Counted from the stretch's first letter, positions 54,401 through 64,000 are shown. The stretch is 64,000 bases of DNA from an uncultured Planctomycetota bacterium (GCA_963845755.1 CAWJTV010000049.1:64001-128000); one strand, 5' to 3'. The notes: generated by a model from the letters alone, not told the origin. Numbers and translations: made by a program.

Positions 54401-55209
54401 TCCGGCTCGAGCCTCGCCTGGCAGGAGCCCACTACGCTCTCGGCACCATCCTGGAACACGGGGACCAGATCAGCGAGGCGATGGCCGAGCTCCGTGCGGC
54501 GATCCGGTTCAAGCCCGATTTCGCCAAAGCCCACTGCGATCTCGGCTTTATGCTCAGAAAGGAAGGACGGTACGCCGAGTCGCTCGCCTCGTACGAACGT
54601 GGTCACGAGCTGGGTTCGAGGCATCCCGACTGGTCTCATCCTTCGGAGCAATGGGTGGCACAGGCTCGGCGATTGGCCCGGCTCGCGCCGCGACTCCCCG
54701 CTCTGGTCCGCGGCGAGACCCAGCCGGCCGATGCCATCGAGTCGCTCGACGTCGCCGGAGTCGCCTACGATAAGGGTTTGTACGCGGCGGCCGCGCGGCT
54801 GTTCGCCAAGGGGTTCGCAGCCGAACCGAGGGCCGCCGAAAACCTGGCGAGTCCAGACCGCTACAACGCCGCTGGTTCCGCAGCGATGGCCGGCTGCGGC
54901 AAGGGCAAGGACCAGCCTCCGCCCGATGGGGCCGCCAGGCTCACACTGCGCCGACAAGCGCTGAGCTGGCTCGAAGCCGACCTGGCGGCGCGGTCGAAGA
55001 TCATGGTAAGTGGCACTCGGGAGGCCAGCTCCGCAGCCCGGCGTAGCCTCATCCAGAATCTCGAACACTGGAAGCATGACTCGGATCTCGCCGGGGTCCG
55101 CGACAGTGACGCCCTGAAGGAACTTGACCCGGCCGAGCAGGCCGCCTGGCGAGCGTTCTGGGCCAAGGTTGACCGAGTCCTGGCCCGGTCAGCAACCGCT
55201 CCTGATTGA
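51427..55209 (+). CDS. Hanks-type Ser/Thr kinase with N-terminal Zn-finger, TM helix and TPR array
   Basis: GGGGAGGA RBS; CPAC...LCPACLL; RGGMG, AIKV, HRDLKPSN, DWGLAK, GTPAYMAPE; TM helix LAVGLAAAVVGLIV; multiple TPRs. Confidence 0.95.
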   Translation: MLDPTNCPACGSMLPPDAPGGLCPACLLQQGLAGDQSNASGEDIGSAFEQGRLSGLADLSSRFGAMPRLLLREASPGEVPCPVVCPSSPEMPAPIHRGDRYQLLGEIARGGMGAVLKGRDPDLGRDLAIKVLLEKHRDHPELVHRFVEEAQIGGQLQHPGIVPVYEVGQFGDDRPYFAMRLVEGQTLAALLAARANTPEDLPRFLDIFAHVCQTMAYAHSRGVIHRDLKPSNIMVGSFGEIQVMDWGLAKVLSRGGVADEPLAPPARESARIATARNGSDIGISRAGSVLGTPAYMAPEQARGDLDQVDERADVFGLGAILCEILTGRPPYLAADAGELKGRAARAELDDAYDCLGACGAELELIALSRRCLAARPEDRPRDAGIVAAELTGYLRGIQERLRQAELQSVEAQARATEEKKRRRLAVGLAAAVVGLIVTAGGGGVWALHQHHVRAARVDLLIHNAEFLKAQAEETGDDLARWAVAREAVRRALAVVDDVRDAATRSRLVTLERQIGKLADAAEAYARLLDRLAEVREAMDEIPAGQTEAAYAAEFQGAGWDPDTQTPEEMGRAIARRPIRTAVGLAVALDHWAALRLDQGNRSGAGRITAVARVADPDDYRGRLRTALMEPRVSERRVALRELARSATAAELPPVTSALLGVGLLRAGDPITAESVLRPAQRRHPADPWLAQVLARTLETRSRPEEAIRYYFIARAARPESAHALAHALERQGEWTEAIDVLREAVRLNPANVRHHSCLAKALKAQGQVREAEKELDAALAAAREALQHTPDVSLHHTLRNIAIKQPARMKEVIAAYRAAIRLRPDDASAHYHLGTILDRSGRADQAIAEYRAAIRLEPDLAEAYLGLGIVLAKLEHDHAGAISVFQDLIRIRPDDALVHFNFGIVLAGQGRRNEAIAEYRAAIRLKPDFAEAYCNLGAILTNMESSRGEAHTVLREAVRLKPDDAFSHFNLANLLRMTGRADEAIAEYRETIRLEPRLAGAHYALGTILEHGDQISEAMAELRAAIRFKPDFAKAHCDLGFMLRKEGRYAESLASYERGHELGSRHPDWSHPSEQWVAQARRLARLAPRLPALVRGETQPADAIESLDVAGVAYDKGLYAAAARLFAKGFAAEPRAAENLASPDRYNAAGSAAMAGCGKGKDQPPPDGAARLTLRRQALSWLEADLAARSKIMVSGTREASSAARRSLIQNLEHWKHDSDLAGVRDSDALKELDPAEQAAWRAFWAKVDRVLARSATAPD
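53960..54425 (+). repeat. 207-bp-period internal repeats encoding TPR pairs
   Basis: 53960-54018 and 54167-54225 match at 57/59 nt; a third, more diverged copy starts at 54374. Confidence 0.85.
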
Positions 55210-55365
55210 TCGACCATTGAGGGGATGAGCGAGGGCAGATTGATGTGTCTGCCCGCCCTGACGCAGCTCTGGCAGCGCCCCGCTCCCCGTGCGCACCGAT
55301 CGTGATCGTGAGTTCGTCTCGTTTCGCAACTTCGACCCTGCTTCACCATTCAGGAGGATCCACCA

Positions 55366-57746
55366 ATGCGCTCGAACCGGTTTCTGTCCCGCTTGAGCGA
55401 GATTTCTCAGATCAGTACGCCGCCGCGCCGACGTCAGCGGCAACGCTTGCCTCGGCTCGAGTCCCTGGAAGACCGACTGGTCCTCAGCACCCTGACCGTC
55501 ACGAGTGCCGGCGATGAAGGACCGGGGACCCTCCGTGCCGAGATCGGCGATGCACAGGCCGGCGACACGATCAAGTTCGCCGCGAGCCTGGACGGCCAGA
55601 CCATCAGCCTGACCAGCGGCGAGCTGGCGATTGGCCAGAACCTGACCATCAAAGGACCGGGCGCGGGGCTCCTGGACGTGGACGCGGGCGGAACGAGCCG
55701 GGTCTTCGACGTCACCTCGGCCTCGGCAGCCATCTCGATCTCGGGCCTGACCATCAGCGGCGGCAACTCCGAAGACGGGGGCGGCATCCTGGACCAGGGA
55801 GGGACGCTCACCTTGACCAGCGATACGCTGACCAATGACCAGGCGATCGGCGTCAACCCCGGCGACACGGTGCAAGGCGGAGCCGTGTACATCACCGACA
55901 GCGGGACGCTCACGGTGAAGTCGAGCCGGTTTGTGAATGATCTGGCGCAGGGCGCCGCGGCGCCAACGGAGGGACTGCGGAGATCAACGGCACCGGCGGC
56001 GACGGCGACGGAGGCGCGATCTACGCCGACCTCGGTACAAGCCTGACCGTCAGCGGCTGTACGTTCAGCGGCAACCAGGCGATCGGCGGCGCCGGCGGTT
56101 CCGGCGGTGCGGGCGTCGTGAACGGCACCGGCGGCAACGGCATTGGCTCGGCCATCGACACACTCGGCGTCGCCTTCTCGGCAACCAATAGCACGTTCAC
56201 GGGCGACCTGGGTCTCGGCGGCGCCGGTGGCCCAGGCCTCCAAGTCGATCCATACACCTTCAACGGCGCCGCAGGCAGCGCCAATGGCACGATCTACATC
56301 GGGTCACCCGCAGCCTCCGCACCCTTCACATTCACCGGTGACACCTTCTCCCACGAACAGGCCATCGGGGGTGCAGGGGCCAACAGCGAGGGGCCGGGTT
56401 ATTCGGTGTACGGCGGCCTGGGCGGTGGGGCCGGCGCCCTCATCAACAACAATAACGGTATACCCGACATGACCATCCAGAACTGCACCTTCACCCACAA
56501 CGTGGCCCAGGCAGGCGCCGGGGGCGACAGCGAGTTCGGCGGCGAGGGCGGTAACGGCGCAGCGGCGATGGTCTTTACCTCCGGCAACCTCACGATCAGC
56601 GGCTCGACGTTCACGGACAATCAGGGGATCGGCGGTGTCGGCGGCACCGGCGCCGACGGCGGATCGGGAGGCGCCGGCGGGTTCTCCGGTGCCATGGTCT
56701 GGAGCACTAACATGACGGTCAGCAATTCGATCTTCACCGGCAACCTGGCGATCGCAGGCGCCGGCGGCGCGGCCGGTGCCGGCGGCGATGGAGGACCCGG
56801 TGGAGTCAGCACCGGCGGTGCGATCTTCGTGTACACGCAGTTGTCGGCGTCCGGGAGCACTTTCCTTGACAATCAGGCGATCGCCGGCAGTGGCGGGGCT
56901 GGTGGCGCGGGGGGCTCCGGTGGCCCGGGCGGTCTGGCCGAAGGCGGTGCGATCGACGACCAGGCTGCTCCGTTCACCATCATCCCGCCGCCATTGCCGG
57001 TCAGCACCATCGCGTCGAGCGTGTTCGTGGGCAACGAGTCGGTCGGCGGCGCGGGGGGAAACGGCAGCCAGGGCGGCGATGGCGGCGACGGCGGGCTAAG
57101 CCAGGGAGGCGACATCGTCTGTTTCGGTTACCTCTCCATCACCTCGAGCTCGTTCCTCTTCGCCAAGGCACTCGGAGGTGCGGGCGGCTCGGGGGCCACG
57201 GGAGGCGCCGGCGGCTCGGCGCAAGGCGGCAGCCTGCAACTGTTCGATGGCTTGTACGACCCGAGCAATCCACTCGCCGTCACGGATTCGGTGACCGATT
57301 CGTCGGTCGTCGGCGCCGTGGCCGAGGGAGGTTCCGGCGGCTCGGGCGGCCTATCGGGCAACGGTGGCTCGGGCGGCCTCGCCCAGGGAGGTGGGATCGC
57401 CGTCAGCTTCGCGGAAAATATCTCCGGCACGTTCCAGGTCACGATCTCCGGGACTATCCTCGCCGGTAACGCCGCCCTCGGCGGGGCTGGCGGCTCCGGA
57501 GCCGTCGGCGGGGACGGCGGTGACGCTGAGGGGGGTGGGATCTTCGTCGATCCCTACTCGACGGTTGTGCTCGACAGCGACGCGATCTTCGGGAACCTGG
57601 CCGACGGCGGCTTGGGTGCCACCGACGGCACCGGATTCGGCGGTGGCGTTTATCTCTCCGGCACAGGCTCGACGCGGAAAAGCACGACGGTCGCGGGCAA
57701 CTCGGCGTCGACCAGTAACAACGATGTTTATGGCACGTTCAGTTGA
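55366..57746 (+). CDS. Gly-rich (PGRS-like) beta-helix exported protein with Planctomycete extracellular signal (frameshift ~55975)
   Basis: AGGAGG RBS; RRRQRQRLPRLESLEDRLVLS motif; D.GPGTLRAEI, SRVFDV; repeating 'N.A.GG.GG...GGAI' units. Confidence 0.85.
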
Positions 57747-57917
57747 GTTGACAGGCCAGTCAATGCGGGGCGCGGCGAAGAGTCCCGCCGCGTCTCGATG
57801 TCTGGTCGAGCCGTTGTCAAACCGCACGCCCTTGGCGATTCGACGGCTCGACCGTAGAGTGGATCGCATCGTCGCTCGCAACGGTCGTGCTCTCCAATCC
57901 TGTCGGCGAAGGCAACG

Positions 57918-58656
57918 ATGAATCCTCAAGCGGCGCAGTCCTCGAACGCCCAGTTTCCGACCACCCACTGGAGCCAAGTGATGGCCGCGGGCGACCCGGC
58001 GGAACCCGAGGCGCGCGCCGCGCTGGCCGCCTTGTGCGGCCGGTACTGGTATCCGCTTTATGCGTTCATTCGCCGCCGAGGGCTACGATCCCGCGACGGC
58101 CGAAGACCTCGTCCAGGGCTTCTTTGCCTCACTGCTGGAGAAGGACGGCCTTTCCTCGGTTGACCGGGCGAAGGGCCGGTTCCGATCGTTCCTCATGGCC
58201 GCCTGCTCCCACTTCCTCTCCAACCGCCGCGATCACGACCGGGCGCTCAAGCGCGGTCGTGGTCGGGTGTTCGTGCCGATCGACGCCCTGGAGGCCGAAG
58301 ACCGCTATCGGCGAGAGCCGGCACACGAGCTGACCGCCGAACGGCTCTTCGAACGTCGATGGGCCACGACCCTGCTCGACCTTGTCCTTGAGCAGTTGGG
58401 GACGGAGATGTCGGCCGCCGGCAAGGGCCGCCAGTTCGAGGCGCTGAGACCTGCCTTGATCGGCTCGGTCGACAAGCTCCCCTACGCACTCATCGCCGCC
58501 GAGCTCGACTGCTCGGAGTCCGCGACCCGGCTGGCTGCGCATCGCCTCCGAGCCCGCTATCGAGCCTTGCTCCGCCAGGAGGTCATTCGTACCCTCGCTG
58601 ATCCCGAAGCCCTCGACGATGAGATCCGTGACCTCTTCGCCGCCTTCACCCGTTGA
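57918..58656 (+). CDS. ECF sigma factor of the kinase-associated type (frameshift ~58082)
   Basis: FPTTHWS, LCGRYWYPLYAFIRRRG, AEDLVQGFF, KGRFRSFL, FERRWA, YALIAAEL..SE...AHRLRARYR motifs. Confidence 0.9.
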
Positions 58657-58779
58657 TTCGTCATCCTCTTCGCAGACGGTCTCCCACCGGTTGCCTCATC
58701 GCTCTTGTGTTCGCAGCCTCCGTGCTCCTATCATTTCAGGATCGATGCAAATCCGGCTCGATGAACGGAGAGGCATATC

Positions 58780-59856
58780 ATGCGGACTCCCCTGATCCCT
58801 GCCGCGATCATCGCGTCCCTGGCCGGCCTGCCGATCCCCGGATTCGCGGCCGATGAGCCGGCACTCCATCGCCTGGATGGATTCATGACCAAGGGCGTAT
58901 TCACCGCGCTGGACCCCGAACTCACGAAGCATCGATTCTCTCAGCAAGAGATCGAAAAAGCGGGCCTCGACGGCAAACCGAAGCCTATCGCTGATGTTGT
59001 CAGTGATCTGTCCTCGTACGAGAAGCTGGCGCCACGGATCGATGAGCCTCTCGTGGTGCGAGGGGACATGCGAGTCACTCTGACGCCAAACACGACCGGC
59101 GACGAAGCTTACGCGAGCTGCTTCTTCGCGATCACTTACAATGGGCTAGCACTCGCGGGCAGGGGTACCGAGCTCATCCTGGTCCGACCCGAGACTCAGC
59201 AGAACCTGGCTCCCCCCAAGAGATCATGGAATCGCGAGCAGATCCTTTCGACACGGCTGTTCCGCCTGGGTTACCTGAATTCCGACCACATCCTGCGGCA
59301 GTACCGCGACAAGATCGGGACCGGGGATGGGCACGCGATCATTGAATTGAAATCGAATGTCGTGATCGTCGTCAACACGGACACGGCCCTCGAGAAGCTT
59401 GGCAGGTACATCGATTCGGAGATCCTGGAAGCGATGGGAACGCCCGCGCCCACGGGTCTCGCCCCAATCCCGGCCCAGGAAACGCGGCTGCCGAGTCCGG
59501 GGGCCCTCGCTTCGCGCGAGGGCATCCATTTTTATCTGCTGGCGTATACCCGATTTCACAGCATCCCGACGTTCGGAAGCCAGCAGGCTGGTGCCCCGAA
59601 GCGATACCCTGAGGCCGACCTGTGGCTGAGCGTGCAGGGCTTTCAAACCCTGGAGCAGGAATACCGGCGGATCGGGGAGGCGGCGCAGCTTGCCAAGGAG
59701 GCCATTGCGCAAGGGTGGGTTGATCCTCACCCCGAACGCACCTTGACGCCGGTGGCCCAGAGACGGCTCGAGATTCGGTACGGACTGGTCAGCCCCCTGC
59801 CGGGAAGGGCGACAGTCAAGGCGGCGAAGAAGGCCACGCGGCGGAAACGCCCTTGA
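58780..59856 (+). CDS. Exported hypothetical protein with secretin N-domain (GspD N0/N1, NolW)-like segment
   Basis: GGAGAGG RBS and signal peptide; TRLFRLGYLNSDHIL...SNVVIVVNTDTALEKLGRYID resembles the Secretin_N repeat. Confidence 0.65.
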   Translation: MRTPLIPAAIIASLAGLPIPGFAADEPALHRLDGFMTKGVFTALDPELTKHRFSQQEIEKAGLDGKPKPIADVVSDLSSYEKLAPRIDEPLVVRGDMRVTLTPNTTGDEAYASCFFAITYNGLALAGRGTELILVRPETQQNLAPPKRSWNREQILSTRLFRLGYLNSDHILRQYRDKIGTGDGHAIIELKSNVVIVVNTDTALEKLGRYIDSEILEAMGTPAPTGLAPIPAQETRLPSPGALASREGIHFYLLAYTRFHSIPTFGSQQAGAPKRYPEADLWLSVQGFQTLEQEYRRIGEAAQLAKEAIAQGWVDPHPERTLTPVAQRRLEIRYGLVSPLPGRATVKAAKKATRRKRP

Positions 59857-60008
59857 CGCCTTTCCTCGCGTCCAGCGGACGCACTCGTGGGCGAATCCCG
59901 GCACCTCCCATTCTCGGCCTCCCTCCCAGGGATCAAGGTTCTTGCGGCGACCCATCCGCGGGGATACAGTTGGGTTTGTGGGGAATCCCTATCGTTTAGG
60001 TGAAGATC

Positions 60009-60719
60009 ATGCAAATCGTCCCGGCGATCGACATCCGAGGGGGGTTCTGCGTCCGGCTTCGCCAGGGCGACTTCGATCAGGAGACGATCTTCGGCGATGA
60101 CCCGGCGGCGATGGCCGTGCGCTGGGAGGGGGAAGGGGCGGAGCGCCTTCATCTGGTCGACCTGGACGGAGCCAAGGAGGGCCGGCCGGTAAACGTCGAT
60201 GCGGTCAGACGGATCCGGGATCGGGTCAAGGTCCCGTGCCAGCTTGGCGGGGGGATCCGCGACGAGGCCACGATCGCCGCCTGGCTGGAAGCGGGACTGG
60301 AACGCGTGGTCGTGGGCACGCAGGCCCTCCGCGATCCGGACTGGTTCGCTCGCATGGCGCGGGCTTATCCGGGTCGGTTGCTCCTGGGTCTCGATGCCCG
60401 AGATGGCCGGGTCGCGACCCATGGCTGGCTGGAGGTCTCGAGCATCGCCGCTCTGGCCCTGGCCCAGGAGTTCGATTCGTTGCCCATCGCCGGCATCATT
60501 TACACCGATATTGCACGCGACGGCACTCTCGAAGGTCCTAACACAACCGCCATCGCCACCTTGACCGAGGCCGTGCGGACCCCGGTGATCGCTTCGGGTG
60601 GGATCGGAAGTCTCGATGACATCCAACGGCTGGCGCCGCTCCCGATCGCCGGGTGCATCGTCGGTCGTGCGCTATACGAAGGACGTTTTTCGCTTTGCGA
60701 GGCTCTTGGTCTGCTGTAA
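60009..60719 (+). CDS. hisA: ProFAR isomerase
   Basis: PAIDIRGGFCVRLRQG, LHLVDLDGA, QLGGGIR, YTDIARDGTLEG, IASGGIG, IVGRALYEG motifs. Confidence 0.96.
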   Translation: MQIVPAIDIRGGFCVRLRQGDFDQETIFGDDPAAMAVRWEGEGAERLHLVDLDGAKEGRPVNVDAVRRIRDRVKVPCQLGGGIRDEATIAAWLEAGLERVVVGTQALRDPDWFARMARAYPGRLLLGLDARDGRVATHGWLEVSSIAALALAQEFDSLPIAGIIYTDIARDGTLEGPNTTAIATLTEAVRTPVIASGGIGSLDDIQRLAPLPIAGCIVGRALYEGRFSLCEALGLL

Positions 60720-60721
60720 TC

Positions 60722-60815
60722 GTAGGGTGGTGTCGAACGATGCACCGCATCGTGAGGCCCACCGATCACTCTCGGTGGGCCGTCTCGCGATGAATCGCGA
60801 CTCGACCCACCCTAC
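60722..60815. repeat. GTAG-type REP/REPIN-like nested hairpin
   Basis: GTAGGGTGGTGTCGA...TCGACCCACCCTAC ends with an internal GGCCCACCGA-N6-TCGGTGGGCC stem and two small side stems. Confidence 0.75.
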
Positions 60816-60834
60816 TAATCGGGAGATGACACTC

Positions 60835-62912
60835 ATGACCACAACCTACCATATCGCCGATATCCGCAACGTCGCCCTCGCTGGACATGGGGCGTCGGGC
60901 AAGACCAGTCTGGCCGACGCCCTACTCTTTGCCGCGGGTGCGACCAATCGCAAGGGATCCGTGGACGACGGGACCAGCGCCCTCGACGTTGACGAGGAGG
61001 AGAAACGCCGGCACTTCACGATCGACTGCCATCTCGGGCACCTGGCGTGGATCGGGAAGCAGGTCCACCTCATCGACACGCCCGGCTATCCCGATTTCAT
61101 CGGCAATGCCCTGAGCGCGCTGGCGGCCGTCGAGAATGTGGTCGTCGCTGTGTCGGGACCGTCGGGGATCGAGGTCAACACGCGCCGGCTGTTCCAGGAG
61201 GCCGGACGGCTCGGGCTCGGGCGATTCGTCGTGGTCACCAAGATGGATGCCGAGAACGTCAACTACCGTTCGGACCTCGAGTCGATCCGCGAGTCGTTCG
61301 GGCCGCAATGCGTGCCATTCAACGTGCCGGTCGGCCAGGGCCCGAGTTTTTCGGGCATCGTTGACGTGATCCAGTCGCACGACGAAGACCCCGCCGATTG
61401 CCCGTTGCCGCCGTCGGAAGCCTATCGCATGGTCGTCGAGCAGATCGTCGAGCTCGACGAGGATCTCATGATGCGCTACCTCGAGGGGGAGACGGTCGAG
61501 CCCGACGAGCTGCGCAAGGCGGCCCACGACGCGATCGCCCAGGGAAAGCTCGTCCCGGTGCTTTGCGTTTGCACCCGCAAGGACCTGGGCCTGCGCGAGC
61601 TGCTCGACCTGATCGCCAACTGCGGACTCAGCCCCGACGACGTCCATCATTTCGGCTCCCGGTTGACCGAGTCGGCGGCGCCGGAGGAGGAGATCCTGCC
61701 GGTAGAAGAAGGCACCCTGGTGGCCCAGGTCTTCAAGACGGTGAACGATCAATTCATGGGCAAGCTCAGCTACCTGCGGATCTTGAGCGGTCGGATCGCT
61801 CCCGACACGACGCTCGTCAACCTCCGCAGCGGGAAGACCGGGAAGGCCGGTCACGTGTACGTGCTCCAGGGGAAGCAGCAAGAGGAGGTCCCCACGGCCA
61901 TCGCCGGCGATATCGTCGCGATCGCCAAGTTCGACGACCTGCACGTTTCCGACACCGTGAGCAATGTCGGCGGCAACACCACCGTTCCTCAGCTCCACGT
62001 TCGGCCGATCAAGTTCCCCATACCGATGGTCCCCCGCGCCGTGGTCCCCAAGGCCCGCGACGACGAGGCCAAGATTTCGGTCGGGCTGGCGAAGATCGCC
62101 GATGAGGACCCGACGTTCTCGATCCGCCGCGACAGCCAGACGCACGAGCTGGTGATCTCGGGGATGAGCGACCTCCACCTGGATATCGTCCAGCAACGGC
62201 TGAAGAACCGTTACAAGCTCGAGATGAACACGCACGTGCCGCAGGTCCCTTACCTCGAGACGATCCTCGGCGACTCCGAGGCGATGCACCGGCACAAGAA
62301 GCAGACCGGCGGTCGCGGCCAGTTCGGCGAAGTCCACTTGCGGGTCCGGCCCCGCCAGCGCGGTGAGGGCTTCAACTTCGTCGACGCGGTCAAGGGCGGC
62401 ACGATCCCTAACCAGTTCATCCCGGCCGTCGAGAAGGGCGTGCGCGAGCAGATGGACAAAGGCGTCATCTCGGGGAACCAGGTCGTGGACGTGGAGGTGG
62501 AAGTCTTCTTCGGCAAGGACCACCCGGTCGACAGCTCGGAGCAGGCGTTCAAGACGGCGGCGGCCACAGCGTTCCGCAAGGCGTTCGATCAGGCGCGCCC
62601 GGCGCTCCTGGAACCGATCGTCACGATCGAGATTACGGTCCCTGGCGAGAAGTTCGGCGACATCTCGGGCGACCTCTCCACGCGCCGCGGCCACATCACG
62701 GGGATGGACTCGCTTGCCGGTAACGTCCAGGTCATCCGCGCCGAGATCCCGCTGGCGGAGGTCCTCACGTATGCCTCGCAGCTCAAGAGTATGACCGGCG
62801 GACAGGGGTCCTTCACGATGGACTTCAAGTCGCACGAGCCCGTACCGCCGAATATCCAGCAGCAGATCGTCGAGCGGTACAAGAAGTCGGCGCGGGCATC
62901 GAGGAAGAATAA
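60835..62912 (+). CDS. fusA: Elongation factor G paralogue (EF-G2-like); ORF as sequenced reads on to 63096 through a probable indel ~62890
   Basis: IRNVALAGHGASGKT, DTPGY, EDPTF, HKKQTGGRGQFG, AVEKG, HPVDSSE.AFK, LLEPI, LKSMTGGQG motifs; alternative-frame tail ...AGIEEE* ends at 62912, followed by a hairpin. Confidence 0.92.
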
Positions 62913-62933
62913 GCCCCTCGCGCATTGCGCATC

Positions 62934-62973
62934 GGGCGTCGGGGAAGGCCCACCGGGCCATTCCCCACGCCCC
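62934..62973 (+). terminator. Imperfect GC-rich hairpin after EF-G
   Basis: GGGCGTCGGGGAAGGCCC-acc-GGGCCATTCCCCACGCCC followed by a weak T-rich tail. Confidence 0.45.
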
Positions 62974-63211
62974 ACTCTTGTTCAAAAAACGCTTCAGCTC
63001 GTGTGGCGCGTGGACGATCCGATCGGCAGGCGCGATCAGGCCGTCTTCCCTCAGAACAGGTGGAATAACAGGTGGTTTGGAACTTCTGTACACTAAATTC
63101 ATCGGCAGAGACAAGATAAGCGCTAATATTGAATTGGCACTATCTTGGATTTATCAATTTGGACTGTTCCTGAACCGTTCGAGCGTGTTTCGCACTCCAC
63201 GCTCTTGGTGC

Positions 63212-64000
63212 TCAATCGCCAACGAGCACTGTCTCGTTAACCGGCTCTTCGTTCCTTGCGACTCGCTCGGGCGAAGCGTACGCTCGGGCTCTGCGGTCCA
63301 GGGTCCAGATTGCTAGCGTACAGGCGATGACGGTCAGCAGGATCAAGAGCAGGTCCCAGAACGTGGCCCACCAAACGATCTGCGCGATCACGTCCTCGCG
63401 AGGAGGATGGTCGATCAGGAGCACGACGATCGCGGGAATAGAGCTCGCCAGCGCCAAGCCTGGCGGGTAGTTCGGACGAGCCGGCGCGTGAGTTGAATCG
63501 TACAAGTAAATGAGGAAAAGGAGCGGCCAGCCCATGGTCACGATGAGGAAGATGGCAACGGTCGCGGCGATCGCGCGGCGGCGACGACGGAACCCGATCC
63601 CCAGCGCCAGCCCGAGACTGACGACTGCGGCCCCGTGGGCCAGGACCGTCAGGACCGCGAGGAAGCCGGTGGTCAGGAGACTGGTGCGCGATCGAACCGG
63701 CAGGACCGGCCGGGCCGCGATCTCCGCATCCGTGGCCTTTCGCATCTTCAATTGGCCGCCGGTAGCGTCCGTCGTGATCACATAAGTGATATTCGAAGGA
63801 TGCAAGGTCTCGATCCTCTCCTCGCTGCCATCAGGCAGTTTCGTGACCTTCTGAAGGACCCTGACGGGCCGGTGGACCGTAACCAGGGCCAGGCCGATCA
63901 GCGCCGGGCCGATCGCCAGCAAGAGGACCAGGCGAAAGGACTCCCACCAACGGCTGGCGAATAACCCTCGGTCGGGGACCGCCGCCACAGGTTCCCAGGT
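63212..64000 (-). CDS. 3' part of a multi-repeat ABC-2 permease-like protein (paralogue of 37548-40325)
   Basis: RWWESFRLVLLLAIGPALIGLAL and LTVLAHGAAVVSLGLALG match the last repeat of 37548-40325; both end in VLVGD. Confidence 0.8.
   Translation of the reverse strand, partial: TWEPVAAVPDRGLFASRWWESFRLVLLLAIGPALIGLALVTVHRPVRVLQKVTKLPDGSEERIETLHPSNITYVITTDATGGQLKMRKATDAEIAARPVLPVRSRTSLLTTGFLAVLTVLAHGAAVVSLGLALGIGFRRRRRAIAATVAIFLIVTMGWPLLFLIYLYDSTHAPARPNYPPGLALASSIPAIVVLLIDHPPREDVIAQIVWWATFWDLLLILLTVIACTLAIWTLDRRARAYASPERVARNEEPVNETVLVGD

Noticed and set aside
55366..57746. Mycobacterial PE-PGRS gene acquired horizontally
   Set aside because: No PE domain; it carries the Planctomycete LESLEDR leader, and the similarity is only Gly-rich composition.
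62913..63096. C-terminal extension of EF-G
   Set aside because: Not EF-G-like, runs through a terminator-like hairpin, and disappears if one indel near 62890 is corrected.
60922..63114. 730-aa minus-strand ORF
   Set aside because: Antisense shadow of the EF-G gene.

Overview
This is a high-GC bacterial chromosome segment. Its gene repertoire points to Planctomycetota, probably Isosphaeraceae (inference): a PVC-type heme-CxxCH dehydrogenase, a Planctomycete extracellular-signal protein, a Ser/Thr kinase-TPR protein with an 'FPTTHWS' ECF sigma factor, and multi-repeat ABC-2 permeases. Housekeeping genes are ilvD, pcm, rdgB, rph, argBDF, metH, hisA and a divergent EF-G. Also present are two type II toxin-antitoxin pairs (higBA, fitA/vapC-like), mlaE plus an mlaD-OmpA fusion, a glycosylation cluster, and GTAG-type REP hairpins. 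Two apparently identical, same-orientation copies of a ~1.7 kb Mutator/IS256-like IS lie 50,324 bp apart; each visible junction sits in a G(T)7-8C site. About 20 or more small frameshifts interrupt otherwise intact genes, including conserved ones, and look like uncorrected sequencing or assembly indels rather than pseudogenisation. The best candidate for an uncharacterised system is 51.4-59.9 kb: a Zn-finger membrane kinase-TPR protein, a Gly-rich exported protein, an anti-sigma-less ECF and a barrel-less secretin-N-like protein. I saw no rRNA, tRNA or CRISPR array. All family assignments come from motifs read by eye; no searches were run.
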